Shown one piece after another: positions 51,376-61,014 of a DNA stretch of 64,000 nucleotides. Position 1 is the first letter of the stretch; each line of letters opens with the position of its first letter. The notes under the pieces are model-generated. The model saw only the letters and a list, made by a program, of their open reading frames with translations. It did not search any database and was not told where the DNA came from. Location of the stretch: contig JBHLJY010000008.1 in assembly GCA_048887225.1 (NCBI GenBank), forward strand, positions 46,384 to 110,383, read 5' to 3'. The translations under genes and the position numbers were made by a program. The stretch comes from Candidatus Hodarchaeota archaeon. GTDB taxonomy: Archaea; Asgardarchaeota; Lokiarchaeia; Sigyniarchaeales; SOKP01.

Positions 51376-51734
51376 TTAATGTTGATCTATTTGATAAAAA
51401 ACTAAATTAGCTGTAAAATTCACACCATTAGAATAAATATATTTATTTGATTCAATTGGTTTAATATTATTAAAGAATTCTTTGAGACATTTTAAGCATT
51501 TTTCTTTATCGCTCAATAAATTGAATGAATTCTTAAGTTTAATTGTATTATTCTTTATTTCTTTTAAACTCATTATTTCACTTATTAGTTTTAAAGATTT
51601 AGCGGTAATTTTTGACCTTTCTCGTTTAATAAGTCTCTTTGGTCTTCCCGATAGAATTTTAATTCTTCATATAACCAGTGTAAAAGCCTCATCCTTGAAT
51701 TATATATCTCAACTTCTTCTTCAAATAGTTCCAT
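51376..51734 (-). pseudogene. Possible frameshifted hypothetical gene
   Basis: 47-aa ORF from ATG 51734 (MELFEEEVEIYNSRMRLLHW...) overlaps a second open frame that runs to 51376. Confidence 0.35.
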
Positions 51735-51885
51735 TTAATTACCACATTGTTATTTACAATGATATAAATATCAAGGGATTCATTTACACATATTTATTAC
51801 AGTAATATCTACATGATACCAAGTAAAATTATTACATAAAACTATAAATCAAAAAATAAATAAAAAAAAAGTTAGTTTATGAATT

Positions 51886-52152
51886 TTATTTTTCCGCTTT
51901 AATCTTATAGGTATAAACTAAGTATAAACCAATAACCATTAAAACTATACCAATAATCAATAAGACGACGCCCCCTGCAACCATCGCAGCACCCGAGACG
52001 CCTGTATATCCATATTGTGCAAGACCTGCCTCAGCTTGAGCAACTACTCCGCCCCAGGCGATATACGTTATTCCCCAGATCAATAATCCGATTCCTGTAA
52101 GTATCATTATCAGGCCTACAATCCAATAAATATCTTCTTTTTCCATTGGCAT
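51886..52152 (-). CDS. Small 2-TM membrane protein
   Basis: Two hydrophobic helices; AGGTGA RBS. Confidence 0.75.
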   Translation of the reverse strand: MPMEKEDIYWIVGLIMILTGIGLLIWGITYIAWGGVVAQAEAGLAQYGYTGVSGAAMVAGGVVLLIIGIVLMVIGLYLVYTYKIKAEK

Positions 52153-52276
52153 ATTAATTCACCTTTTTAAATAAAAACCTAACAAAATTTTTTGTTGATC
52201 TGAAGATTGACAAGAATATATTTAAATCTTTTGATTAAACGTGTACTAACCTATCAATTTCCAAATTAAAGAAAAA

Positions 52277-52942
52277 TCAGTTAATAATTCTGAATTCTAA
52301 TTCTTTACCGTTTTTATCAAAACACTTCACACAATTTAACCCACTATAAGGATAAGCAAGAATAAAATGAAATCTTTTCAGCTTAAATACATTATTAAAG
52401 TCTCCTAAAGAGGGATTTGGATTTCCTGATGGATGAGAATGTACAGTTCCTTCAAGTGTAGGGTCTAAAGGGAGTCTACTTGGAAAAAAGATCCCAGAGC
52501 TGTTAGAAGTAAGTGCTCCAGGGGGTAATATAAATTCTGTTGCTATACCCATATCCATTCTTATAAGACCTAATATTTCCCTAGGGTGTTGTTCTCTGCA
52601 TAAAGCCATAATGCCTTCTATTAATTCTTTTTTTATTAAAATTTCATTTGATTGTATATTTTTTACAAACATAAAAATCTCTCTTATAAGATCAGCAATC
52701 GAAATAGGATTTTTCTTTTTCCATCTCTTTAATGACAAAATCATTGTATCTAAATTGTCATAAACTTGCCCATTCTCTTTAATTAATTCTACTTTTGGTC
52801 TCTTAGGATATTTCTTATAATCAATATCTAAAATCACATCATTTATTAATGGAATTTTTACATGAAAAATGAAGTTATTAACAAGCGCAGCGTTTGGAAA
52901 AGCCTCAATAATTTTTTCATATTCATCTTCAATTAATTCCAT
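52277..52942 (-). CDS. JAB/MPN+ (JAMM) metalloprotease with N-terminal UEV/RWD-like domain
   Basis: HPRE...HSHPSGNPNPSLGD; N-terminal YP..P and L..W.....IADLIRE. Confidence 0.8.
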   Translation of the reverse strand: MELIEDEYEKIIEAFPNAALVNNFIFHVKIPLINDVILDIDYKKYPKRPKVELIKENGQVYDNLDTMILSLKRWKKKNPISIADLIREIFMFVKNIQSNEILIKKELIEGIMALCREQHPREILGLIRMDMGIATEFILPPGALTSNSSGIFFPSRLPLDPTLEGTVHSHPSGNPNPSLGDFNNVFKLKRFHFILAYPYSGLNCVKCFDKNGKELEFRIIN

Positions 52943-53025
52943 TATAATCCCTAATTTAAAATAAAAATTAAATCTTAAAAATAATTTTCTAATAGAGAGA
53001 TTTGAAATAAATATTTTAATTAATT

Positions 53026-53928
53026 ATGCCAGAAAAGATACGTATAACTGAACCAGAAAAAGGTCTTAAATTCATTGATGCTCACTGTCATTTGCCATTT
53101 CCCCGACCAAAAAACGACAAACTCCCCTCAGACGAAGAGCAATATATTAATTATTTCAAATCGGGAGGGCTATATCTAATTACATGTTCAATTGACGTAA
53201 TTACTCTTAAAATGGTATTAGACTTCATTAAAGAAAAGAAAAATATAGGATTTACATGCGGGTGGGCTCCTCAAACTGTTACTTATAAACAAAAAAATAA
53301 AAACAATGATGCCTATAAAAAATGGATTGATTTCATATTAAAAAATACAGAAAAATATCTTGCCATCGGTGAAATAGGATTAGACTTTCATCACGCTCAA
53401 ACTCTTGAGAAGAGAAACAAGCAAATTGAAAAATTTGAAAAGATTTTGGAAACTACAAATGAATTAAACAAACCCTATGTATTACACGTTAGAAATGCTG
53501 CTAAACATGAATTTGATCGAAAAAATCCAAAACATCGATTTAATAAAAAAGATGGAGCAAATATAGAAGTACTTCGAATTTTAAAGGAGTATAAGATAAA
53601 CCCGAAAAAGGTGCTATGGCATTGTTTTTCTGGACCTGAAGAATATGGTAGAATTCTACCAAATCAAGGATTTATGCTTTCAGTACCTAGTAGTTCTTTT
53701 GGATTTAATAGATGGCGTAATATAACGAAATATACCCCTTTAAAGTCGTTAATTATAGAAACAGACGCTTATTATCAGCATCCTTTTAAAAGAGGACCTG
53801 TTAATATTCCTTCGAATGCAAGATATTCGATAGCGGCAATAGCAGCTTCCCATGATTTACCTCAAAAATTAGTAAGCGAAAAAACTATTGATAATACGAA
53901 GAAATTTTTTAACTTAAAAATAGAATAA
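53026..53928 (+). CDS. tatD: TatD-family metal-dependent hydrolase
   Basis: DAHCH, GEIGLD, LHVR, HCFSG, ETDA. Confidence 0.88.
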   Translation: MPEKIRITEPEKGLKFIDAHCHLPFPRPKNDKLPSDEEQYINYFKSGGLYLITCSIDVITLKMVLDFIKEKKNIGFTCGWAPQTVTYKQKNKNNDAYKKWIDFILKNTEKYLAIGEIGLDFHHAQTLEKRNKQIEKFEKILETTNELNKPYVLHVRNAAKHEFDRKNPKHRFNKKDGANIEVLRILKEYKINPKKVLWHCFSGPEEYGRILPNQGFMLSVPSSSFGFNRWRNITKYTPLKSLIIETDAYYQHPFKRGPVNIPSNARYSIAAIAASHDLPQKLVSEKTIDNTKKFFNLKIE

Positions 53929-53964
53929 ATTTTTAATCTTTTGTTAGGGATTTTTTATATTCTT

Positions 53965-54153
53965 TTATTGGCTAAAGATGAAAATTAATAAAAATATAAG
54001 TAATATCATAAAAAAAATTATTTCCATTATTAGATCTCGTGAATATGATTTGTCGTATTTCTCAAAAGTTTCAAGTGATTCTTCTCTATTCTCATTAGCG
54101 TCTTTCTTTTTGTTCATTGGATTTTGTATAGTATTACTTTGTTGATCATACAA
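53965..54153 (-). CDS. Small protein with C-terminal TM
   Basis: Charged N-terminus, hydrophobic C-terminus; follows the MFS gene. Confidence 0.5.
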   Translation of the reverse strand: MYDQQSNTIQNPMNKKKDANENREESLETFEKYDKSYSRDLIMEIIFFMILLIFLLIFIFSQ

Positions 54154-54161
54154 CTACATAT

Positions 54162-55574
54162 TTATGTTTTTGATTTCTTTTCATCGTGAATTTTTTGAAG
54201 CTTTTCTTTTATCTGGGTTAATCTCTCACCATGTAATGGATATCTATATACGGTAATAAAAGCAATTCCTAAAGCTACTGCTGGAAAAATAAACATCAAA
54301 GCTCTAAGTCCAAAAATTATTTCTGGAGTGATCTTTTCAGGTGCAAATATCACCCAACCCACATTAGTAAATACAAGAGCAATTGATAGAAACACAAAAA
54401 TAGTAGAAAGTCTAAAAAAGAAAGCTTTTATGCCATAATATCCTGCTTCACTTCGAGCACCTGTATTTACCTCATCCTCGTCAATTATGTCTGCCATTAT
54501 TAAATCCCATATATAAATCGGACCTGCTAAACCAATTCCAACTATAAAAAATACTACCATCCCCTGCCACCTATCGGTAATAAACATAAGTGGAATAATT
54601 GTTAAGAAATATGCAGATACAGCGATCAGCCACCCCTTTCTAGGACCAACTTTTCGTACAACAGGTTTCCATAGAATGTTTAAAAAAATTGCTACAGATA
54701 TAAACGTAAGAGCTAAAAGTATTGCTAAGAAGATCGATTCGCCTTCACCTATATCTAAAACGAATTTGCCATAGAGCGGAACAATTGTAGTCTGGATTCC
54801 AATAACAAACCAAATTGCCATATCGGCGGGAATATACCTTCTAAATGCTTTATTTTTAACACAAGTTTTTAAATTAACAAAAAAACTTGGAGCATTTTTA
54901 TAATCTTCACTAAATTCAGCTTTTTCCTTTGGACTAAATTTTAGAAATAATATCCCAAAAACAACTATAATTATAGCAACTATAATGCTATACATTTGGA
55001 ATTCCCTTAAATATTTTGGATTTGAAAAATCAGGAATAAAAAGAGCTGGTAATGCGAAAGCAAAGATTAAAGCAATTATATAGAAGGTCATTCTGAACAC
55101 ATTTGTAGTTGTTCGTTCTTCTTCGGTAATAAATAATTCTGGAAATAAGGCCGCTAGATTAAGGTCAAACATAGTGTAAAATAGTTCAAAAGCTATAATA
55201 ATGATAAGAAAATATATGAAATTAGTAAGTTTATCCGTAACGCCATATGAAATTGGGGGAGAGAACATTAATATTATTACTATTGATAAAGGGACAATTG
55301 AAATCATAATATATGGAAAACGACGACCCCATTTGGTATGTGTTCGATCTGAGAAATATCCCAAAACAGGATCGTTTATGCTATTCCAGATTGCCCATAT
55401 TAAGAAGCCAATTGTTATCCAGATTACATGAAGTCCAACGACAGCAAAATAGAACGTAAAAATTAATAGCGCAAATGTTTGGTAGCTCCAAGTGTTAATA
55501 ACTTGACCAATACTGTAAGTAGCAGCTCTTTTGTTTAAAGATCCATTTTCAAATTTTTTTTCTTTTTCGGTCAT
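54162..55574 (-). CDS. MFS transporter, GPH/MelB family
   Basis: NDP..G..SDRT.TKWGRR.PY; ADIIDED. Confidence 0.92.
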   Translation of the reverse strand: MTEKEKKFENGSLNKRAATYSIGQVINTWSYQTFALLIFTFYFAVVGLHVIWITIGFLIWAIWNSINDPVLGYFSDRTHTKWGRRFPYIMISIVPLSIVIILMFSPPISYGVTDKLTNFIYFLIIIIAFELFYTMFDLNLAALFPELFITEEERTTTNVFRMTFYIIALIFAFALPALFIPDFSNPKYLREFQMYSIIVAIIIVVFGILFLKFSPKEKAEFSEDYKNAPSFFVNLKTCVKNKAFRRYIPADMAIWFVIGIQTTIVPLYGKFVLDIGEGESIFLAILLALTFISVAIFLNILWKPVVRKVGPRKGWLIAVSAYFLTIIPLMFITDRWQGMVVFFIVGIGLAGPIYIWDLIMADIIDEDEVNTGARSEAGYYGIKAFFFRLSTIFVFLSIALVFTNVGWVIFAPEKITPEIIFGLRALMFIFPAVALGIAFITVYRYPLHGERLTQIKEKLQKIHDEKKSKT

Positions 55575-55643
55575 CTAAAATCGTGTTAAAATTATTTTTA
55601 TTTAATAAAAATAAATTAAACTTTTGGAATTATATTTGTTTTA

Positions 55644-56840
55644 TTATGAATCCTTTACAAATTCGATATCTAATTGATCTAAAATCTCTAGTAGGTCAAG
55701 TACTTCAAGATCTAAATTAAATTTTTCGTTAGCATCACTTAAATTAGTCCGACAGAATGGACAAACAGAGGATATCACAGTAGCACCTGTTTCTTTTGCT
55801 TCTTCAATCCTTTCTCCTGAAATTTCTAACGCCCATTTAGGATAAGCAATTTTCACACCACCACCGGCACCACAACACCACGCATTTCTTCGATTTCTTT
55901 TCATTTCTACTAAATTAAGACCTGGAATTTGTTTATAAATTTCCCGAGGGATCTCGTATAATCTCATGTGTCTGCCTAAATGACAAGGATCGTGGTAAGT
56001 AACTGTTTTGTTATATTCTGATCTAAATTTCATTTTTCCTTCGTCTAATAATTGTTTAACTAATTCTACTGAATGGTATACTTCAAAATCATATTCGGCT
56101 CCAAACTTCTCAAAATCTTTCATAAATGTTAAATAACAGCCAGCACAGGAGGTTACAACCTTAGAAGCACCCGTATTTTTAATTTGCGTTATATTGTAAT
56201 TCATAAAATCTTTGACTGGACTTACTTGCCCAGTTCTTATCAATGGACTTGTACAACAATGCTCATCTATTAAAGTAAAATCAATTCCCGCCTTTTTGAG
56301 AAACCTTATTGTTGAATCTCTAATCTTTTTTTGACGATAATTACTTGTACACCCTATAAAATAAACCCATTCCGCTTTATCAGGTAAACTATACTCCTTT
56401 TTTAAATCTTCATTATTAGAGTTTGATTCTCCATAAGGATTACATATTTCTAGATTAGTGGTGTGTTCTATTAACTTTGCTTGATTTGGTCCTGGACCTA
56501 TATGTTTAACTGTTAATTCTCTCAAAGACTCAATAATATCTACAATAAAATCTGCGTGAGGGGCTTGACAAGATTCCATACAAGCTCCGCAAGTTGGACA
56601 AGCATAAATTGCATCCTTTAATTCGTCATTCCACTCTAAATCCCCTAAAATTACGCCCCGAGCAATTCTTATTCGGCCTGAACCCCAATATGATTCAAAC
56701 AAGAATTTTTCTCCAGATGGACAAGAAGCCTCGAAATCTTTGTATGAATACTTACACGTATTACATTTAATGCAATGGTCAAAAGCAAGTTCTATATACT
56801 TTTTACCATATAGATCTTCTGGAATCTTAATTTCTGTCAT
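55644..56840 (-). CDS. (Fe-S)-binding oxidoreductase, GlcF/HdrD-like with CCG domains
   Basis: CxxCxxC motifs; YHDPCHLGR; CCGAGGG. Confidence 0.88.
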   Translation of the reverse strand: MTEIKIPEDLYGKKYIELAFDHCIKCNTCKYSYKDFEASCPSGEKFLFESYWGSGRIRIARGVILGDLEWNDELKDAIYACPTCGACMESCQAPHADFIVDIIESLRELTVKHIGPGPNQAKLIEHTTNLEICNPYGESNSNNEDLKKEYSLPDKAEWVYFIGCTSNYRQKKIRDSTIRFLKKAGIDFTLIDEHCCTSPLIRTGQVSPVKDFMNYNITQIKNTGASKVVTSCAGCYLTFMKDFEKFGAEYDFEVYHSVELVKQLLDEGKMKFRSEYNKTVTYHDPCHLGRHMRLYEIPREIYKQIPGLNLVEMKRNRRNAWCCGAGGGVKIAYPKWALEISGERIEEAKETGATVISSVCPFCRTNLSDANEKFNLDLEVLDLLEILDQLDIEFVKDS

Positions 56841-58325
56841 TTAAGTATTCCACCTCCCAGGATTAAATATGTTATTTGGATCCATACATTTTTTTATTCT
56901 ATCAAATAACTTTAACCAGCCAGGATTAATTTTTTCACGCATTTTTGCCGTCATCCATTTTGGTGTTTTATAGGGGATACACCCTTCATCAATGCACACA
57001 TCCGTTATTTCTTCTACTAATTTAAACATTCTTTCTTGATCTGTGAATTTTTTAAACCTAAAAATAGGCCGAAATATTCCATAATGAGACGATTTCATGG
57101 TTTTTAACATGATATATGGAGGGACATCATGTTTCTGAAATAGAGCATGGCATTTTTTAAGTAATTCTTCAGTTTTATGTGTAGGAGCATAAGCACCAAA
57201 CCAAGTTAAGCCTGAATATTCACTCAAAGATAATATCATGGAAGGTAAATCGTAGATGCCTCGACCTTTCAAATTGTATAGTTTTACAAATTCAAAATAG
57301 TCAATTAAATGGATATTTGTACCTTTTTGATTTAACTCATCAATAATATCATGCAATATTTCTTCTTTTGCTTCCATCATATTCTTGGTTTTTGCTGACA
57401 TAGGTATTACAGCAAAATAAGTAGGTTCTTCAGGATATCTTTTAGGCTCAGGGATACCTATTTCCATTTTTGCAACTTCAATAGAGACACCTACAACATC
57501 ATTAACGACATCAGCCTTACCAATTTCTCGTAAAAAAGGAGCAATATCAGTTAATCCAAAAAATAATCCAAGATATGCTTTTTGAATGGGATATTTTGGC
57601 CATAATTGAACAGAACATTTTGTTACTAAACCTGTCATTCCCTGCCAATTAATAAATAGGCCCATAAGGTCTGGAATTGGACCTCGACCCCACCAACTAT
57701 CTGGATCTGTGTCATCTTTCCCATAAAAACAGGATCCAATTCGTACAATTTCACCATCTATAGTGATAACTTCAATACCGTTGATAGCATCTCCCATTGA
57801 ACCGATTTTAGTTGATAAATTGGTCATTCCGCTTAATAGTGCATTTCCAACAACGCTAGCGTAAGGTGGAGCGTTAGGATAACTATATCTCAAATGTGGA
57901 TAATTCTCGTCTAAATGTTTCTTTAACTGACCGAATGTCACCCCTGGCTCTAAAATAGCATACATCATATTCTCATTTATATATAATATTTTATCCATTT
58001 TCTTTCCAAAATCAACTATAATTCCCCCTTGCTCTGGAATTGTAAGACCTCCAACATTATTACCCGAAATATAAGGTACAATAGGGATGAGGTTTTCATT
58101 ACAAAATTTAACGAGCTTAACTAATTGCTCATTATTCTCAGGTATTACAATAAAATCTGGCATGTGCTGTTCATTTTCCGTCATATCGTAAGAATAAGGG
58201 TATAAATCCACTTTTTTATCGCTTACATTCTCAAAACCGAAAATGTCTACTAATTTTGAATAAACGTCTTCACGGCTTATTTTTTCAAATATGTTTCTTT
58301 CTTTTGCAGTTGTAATGTCTCTCAC
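56841..58325 (-). CDS. FAD-linked oxidase (GlcD/VAO-PCMH family)
   Basis: EPGVT, ASVVGN, G.VTK, DPNNIFNPG; start is GTG 58325 or ATT 58316. Confidence 0.88.
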   Translation of the reverse strand: MRDITTAKERNIFEKISREDVYSKLVDIFGFENVSDKKVDLYPYSYDMTENEQHMPDFIVIPENNEQLVKLVKFCNENLIPIVPYISGNNVGGLTIPEQGGIIVDFGKKMDKILYINENMMYAILEPGVTFGQLKKHLDENYPHLRYSYPNAPPYASVVGNALLSGMTNLSTKIGSMGDAINGIEVITIDGEIVRIGSCFYGKDDTDPDSWWGRGPIPDLMGLFINWQGMTGLVTKCSVQLWPKYPIQKAYLGLFFGLTDIAPFLREIGKADVVNDVVGVSIEVAKMEIGIPEPKRYPEEPTYFAVIPMSAKTKNMMEAKEEILHDIIDELNQKGTNIHLIDYFEFVKLYNLKGRGIYDLPSMILSLSEYSGLTWFGAYAPTHKTEELLKKCHALFQKHDVPPYIMLKTMKSSHYGIFRPIFRFKKFTDQERMFKLVEEITDVCIDEGCIPYKTPKWMTAKMREKINPGWLKLFDRIKKCMDPNNIFNPGRWNT

Positions 58326-58328
58326 CTC

Positions 58329-58763
58329 TTAGCGACCATTTTCTATTATTTCATAATAATTCAATTGAGGATCTGATGCAACCATCTGCATAGTCACCAT
58401 AAAAATATTGTAGAATTTTACTAATAAATCACTAGAATCACCTAAGCCTTCCATTTCCAGTTTTCCTTCCCCAACTGCGTTAAAAGGATCTACTCGACCG
58501 TACGCCATATCCAAAATTGTACTAACATCTACTTTTATTTTCATATCAGCTTTTTCAAGTTCTCCTCTCTCGAATCTTATCTCGTTCCCCTCAAATATTA
58601 TAGTCACCGGATAAAAAGGGGTCATATAAAGCACAATTTTTTTGTTCCAATCGGTAACAAGGTTGATAAATTCTTTATCATTCATTCTATAGCTTAAAAT
58701 ATTATGTAAGGATATAGATATTAAATCATCAGGCTGCTGTATATTCAACATTTTTACCATCAA
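58329..58763 (-). CDS. SCP2 sterol/lipid-binding domain protein
   Basis: AD.......DM..G.VDP..AV..GKL.MEG. Confidence 0.7.
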   Translation of the reverse strand: MMVKMLNIQQPDDLISISLHNILSYRMNDKEFINLVTDWNKKIVLYMTPFYPVTIIFEGNEIRFERGELEKADMKIKVDVSTILDMAYGRVDPFNAVGEGKLEMEGLGDSSDLLVKFYNIFMVTMQMVASDPQLNYYEIIENGR

Positions 58764-58968
58764 AATTTTATAATTGTTTAATTTAATGAAAGTTCAAATT
58801 TTAAAATTTAAATATTTAATTGTTTTTGGAAATAAACAGTAAGCAATATATAGACCTTATTTTAAGATTTAGGTAATTTTTTGAAATATTTTAGCATAAA
58901 TTTATATTGACTAATATCGTAACCTCAATTACAAATTCTTTAAGATTCTATGAGAGTGATTAAATAAA

Positions 58969-59367
58969 ATGGCTAAAGAAATTTCAAAATGGTTAAAATT
59001 ATGGTTCCTAATTAATAGTATAATAGGTTTGATATTTACTATTATTTACTTAATCGTATTAGAGACATATTGGGCTATGGTTGATTGGCCTTATTTTGAT
59101 CCTATCTTCGGCAGAATTCTTGGGATTACTCTCCTTACTTTGACCATTATGTCTGTAATGGCATATAGAGAGACTGATTGGGAAAATGTGAAACTCTTCG
59201 TGGAATTCTCAATTATTTGGCTTATTTCATTGGCTATAGTAAATATATGGAGCGTTTTTGTTACGCCATTCTCCCCAACTGCTTTAGGGTCGGTTGCTTT
59301 TGATACAACATTGCTCATCGTATTAGCTATCGGCAATATCTATTTCTTTATACAGCACCAAAAATAA
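58969..59367 (+). CDS. Membrane protein (4 TM)
   Basis: Four hydrophobic helices; WP..DP..GR. Confidence 0.75.
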   Translation: MAKEISKWLKLWFLINSIIGLIFTIIYLIVLETYWAMVDWPYFDPIFGRILGITLLTLTIMSVMAYRETDWENVKLFVEFSIIWLISLAIVNIWSVFVTPFSPTALGSVAFDTTLLIVLAIGNIYFFIQHQK

Positions 59368-59537
59368 CATAAGATTTTAACAACTTTTTTTTCTTTTTAA
59401 ATGAGATTTATTTTAAAAAAAGAGCGAGCGCATTTATTTTCGAAATTTCTTTTTTTTCAATAACAACTCTTTAATATTCTTAGAGCACTATTTCATATTA
59501 TAACAATAATTAAAAATTTTTATAAGGGAGAATAATA

Positions 59538-61013
59538 ATGAATAATAGCGAAGTGGTTGCTGAATTGGAACAGATTGTAGGAGATAAATATGTATCGGAA
59601 GAACTTGAAATAACCTTTTTATATCACTATGATTTTATCACATCAGAACCAGAAGGGAAATGCGACATTGCAATCATGCCAAATACAGTAGAAGAAGTAC
59701 AAGAAATTGTTAAGATTGCTAATAAATATAAGATTCCAGTGGTTCCATGGGTTTCGGGAATAAATTATGGTTCAATCGCTACGCCTCGAAAGGGTGGAAT
59801 AGTAGTTGATTTAAGACGAATGAATCATGTACTTGAAGTAAATGAGGATGACATGTATGCCGTGGTCGAAGGAGGTATAACTTGGGCAGATCTGAAGGGA
59901 TATCTAGATCTGCATCATCCTGATCTAAAGGCAGGTATTACTTGGTCACCTCCTGCTACTGGAGTAATTCCGGCTTGTTTATGTTATGGGATGTTTGATT
60001 TGGGAATGCTTGGTGGAACTGGTGCCGAGTTTATTAATGGCTTAGAAGTCATTCTAGGTTCTGGAGATCTAGTGAGGGTAGGTTCATGTAGCCTTTCTGA
60101 TTATTGGTACGGTCGACAACCATTACCAGATTTAGCCGGTTTATTCATTGGTTGGGAAGGTACAACTGGTATTGTAACTAAAATGGCTATAAAATTATGG
60201 CCAAAATTGCCATTCCGGGCAGATTTTGCTCCTATGGCACCCACAATAGCACAGGGTGTTCCTATGATGCTTAAACTTTCGAAAGCTGGATTAGGTATTA
60301 TTGATCTTTGTATTATAAATTTAGGTTTAATGAATTCAGGTCAAGGATTTAATATGGAGAATGTGGTTAAAGATGCTAAAGAATCTGGTTTGCCAGACTT
60401 CATTGGCCTTATATCCACCCAAGCGTATACCGAAAAACAGCATGAAGCACAATGTGAAGCGATAAAAGTTATTTGTAAAGAATATGATGTAGATGCAACA
60501 TCTGTAGATGTCATTGTAAAGGGTTTTCCAGAAAACATGACAGGTGTCATGCAAGAATGGACTCCTGCTACTGGAGGTGGTCCTCCAATTCAATTTTGGG
60601 GCCTTTGGGATTTTTCCCGAGGTGGAGGAGGTCAATGGATAGGTTCTTACTGTTCAACTCGAAAGATTGTAAAATACTACGAATTATCGAGGAAAGTTTT
60701 ACTTAAATATGGAAAACCAGCTCAATTTTATGGTAGGATTTTGTTTGGCGGTCATTATTGTGTTGCTCGGACATTTGTTAACTTCAATAAAAATGATCCT
60801 GATGATGTAAAAATCGCTAGGAAAATTTTGCATGAAATCCATGATTCAGTTCAAGCACTAGGTGGAGTTGTCATGTATAAACCTCCATTATGGGCAGTGG
60901 AACATTATAGAGAAAAAACTATTCCCGCAACAACTGAATTAATCGAAAAAATTAAAAAAATTCTTGATCCTAATAATATAATGAATCCAGGACAAGGAAT
61001 TGGAAGCGATTGA
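59538..61013 (+). CDS. FAD-linked oxidase (GlcD/VAO-PCMH family), paralog
   Basis: DLRRMN, EGGIT, EGTTGIVTK, DPNNIMNPG. Confidence 0.88.
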   Translation: MNNSEVVAELEQIVGDKYVSEELEITFLYHYDFITSEPEGKCDIAIMPNTVEEVQEIVKIANKYKIPVVPWVSGINYGSIATPRKGGIVVDLRRMNHVLEVNEDDMYAVVEGGITWADLKGYLDLHHPDLKAGITWSPPATGVIPACLCYGMFDLGMLGGTGAEFINGLEVILGSGDLVRVGSCSLSDYWYGRQPLPDLAGLFIGWEGTTGIVTKMAIKLWPKLPFRADFAPMAPTIAQGVPMMLKLSKAGLGIIDLCIINLGLMNSGQGFNMENVVKDAKESGLPDFIGLISTQAYTEKQHEAQCEAIKVICKEYDVDATSVDVIVKGFPENMTGVMQEWTPATGGGPPIQFWGLWDFSRGGGGQWIGSYCSTRKIVKYYELSRKVLLKYGKPAQFYGRILFGGHYCVARTFVNFNKNDPDDVKIARKILHEIHDSVQALGGVVMYKPPLWAVEHYREKTIPATTELIEKIKKILDPNNIMNPGQGIGSD

Positions 61014-61014
61014 T

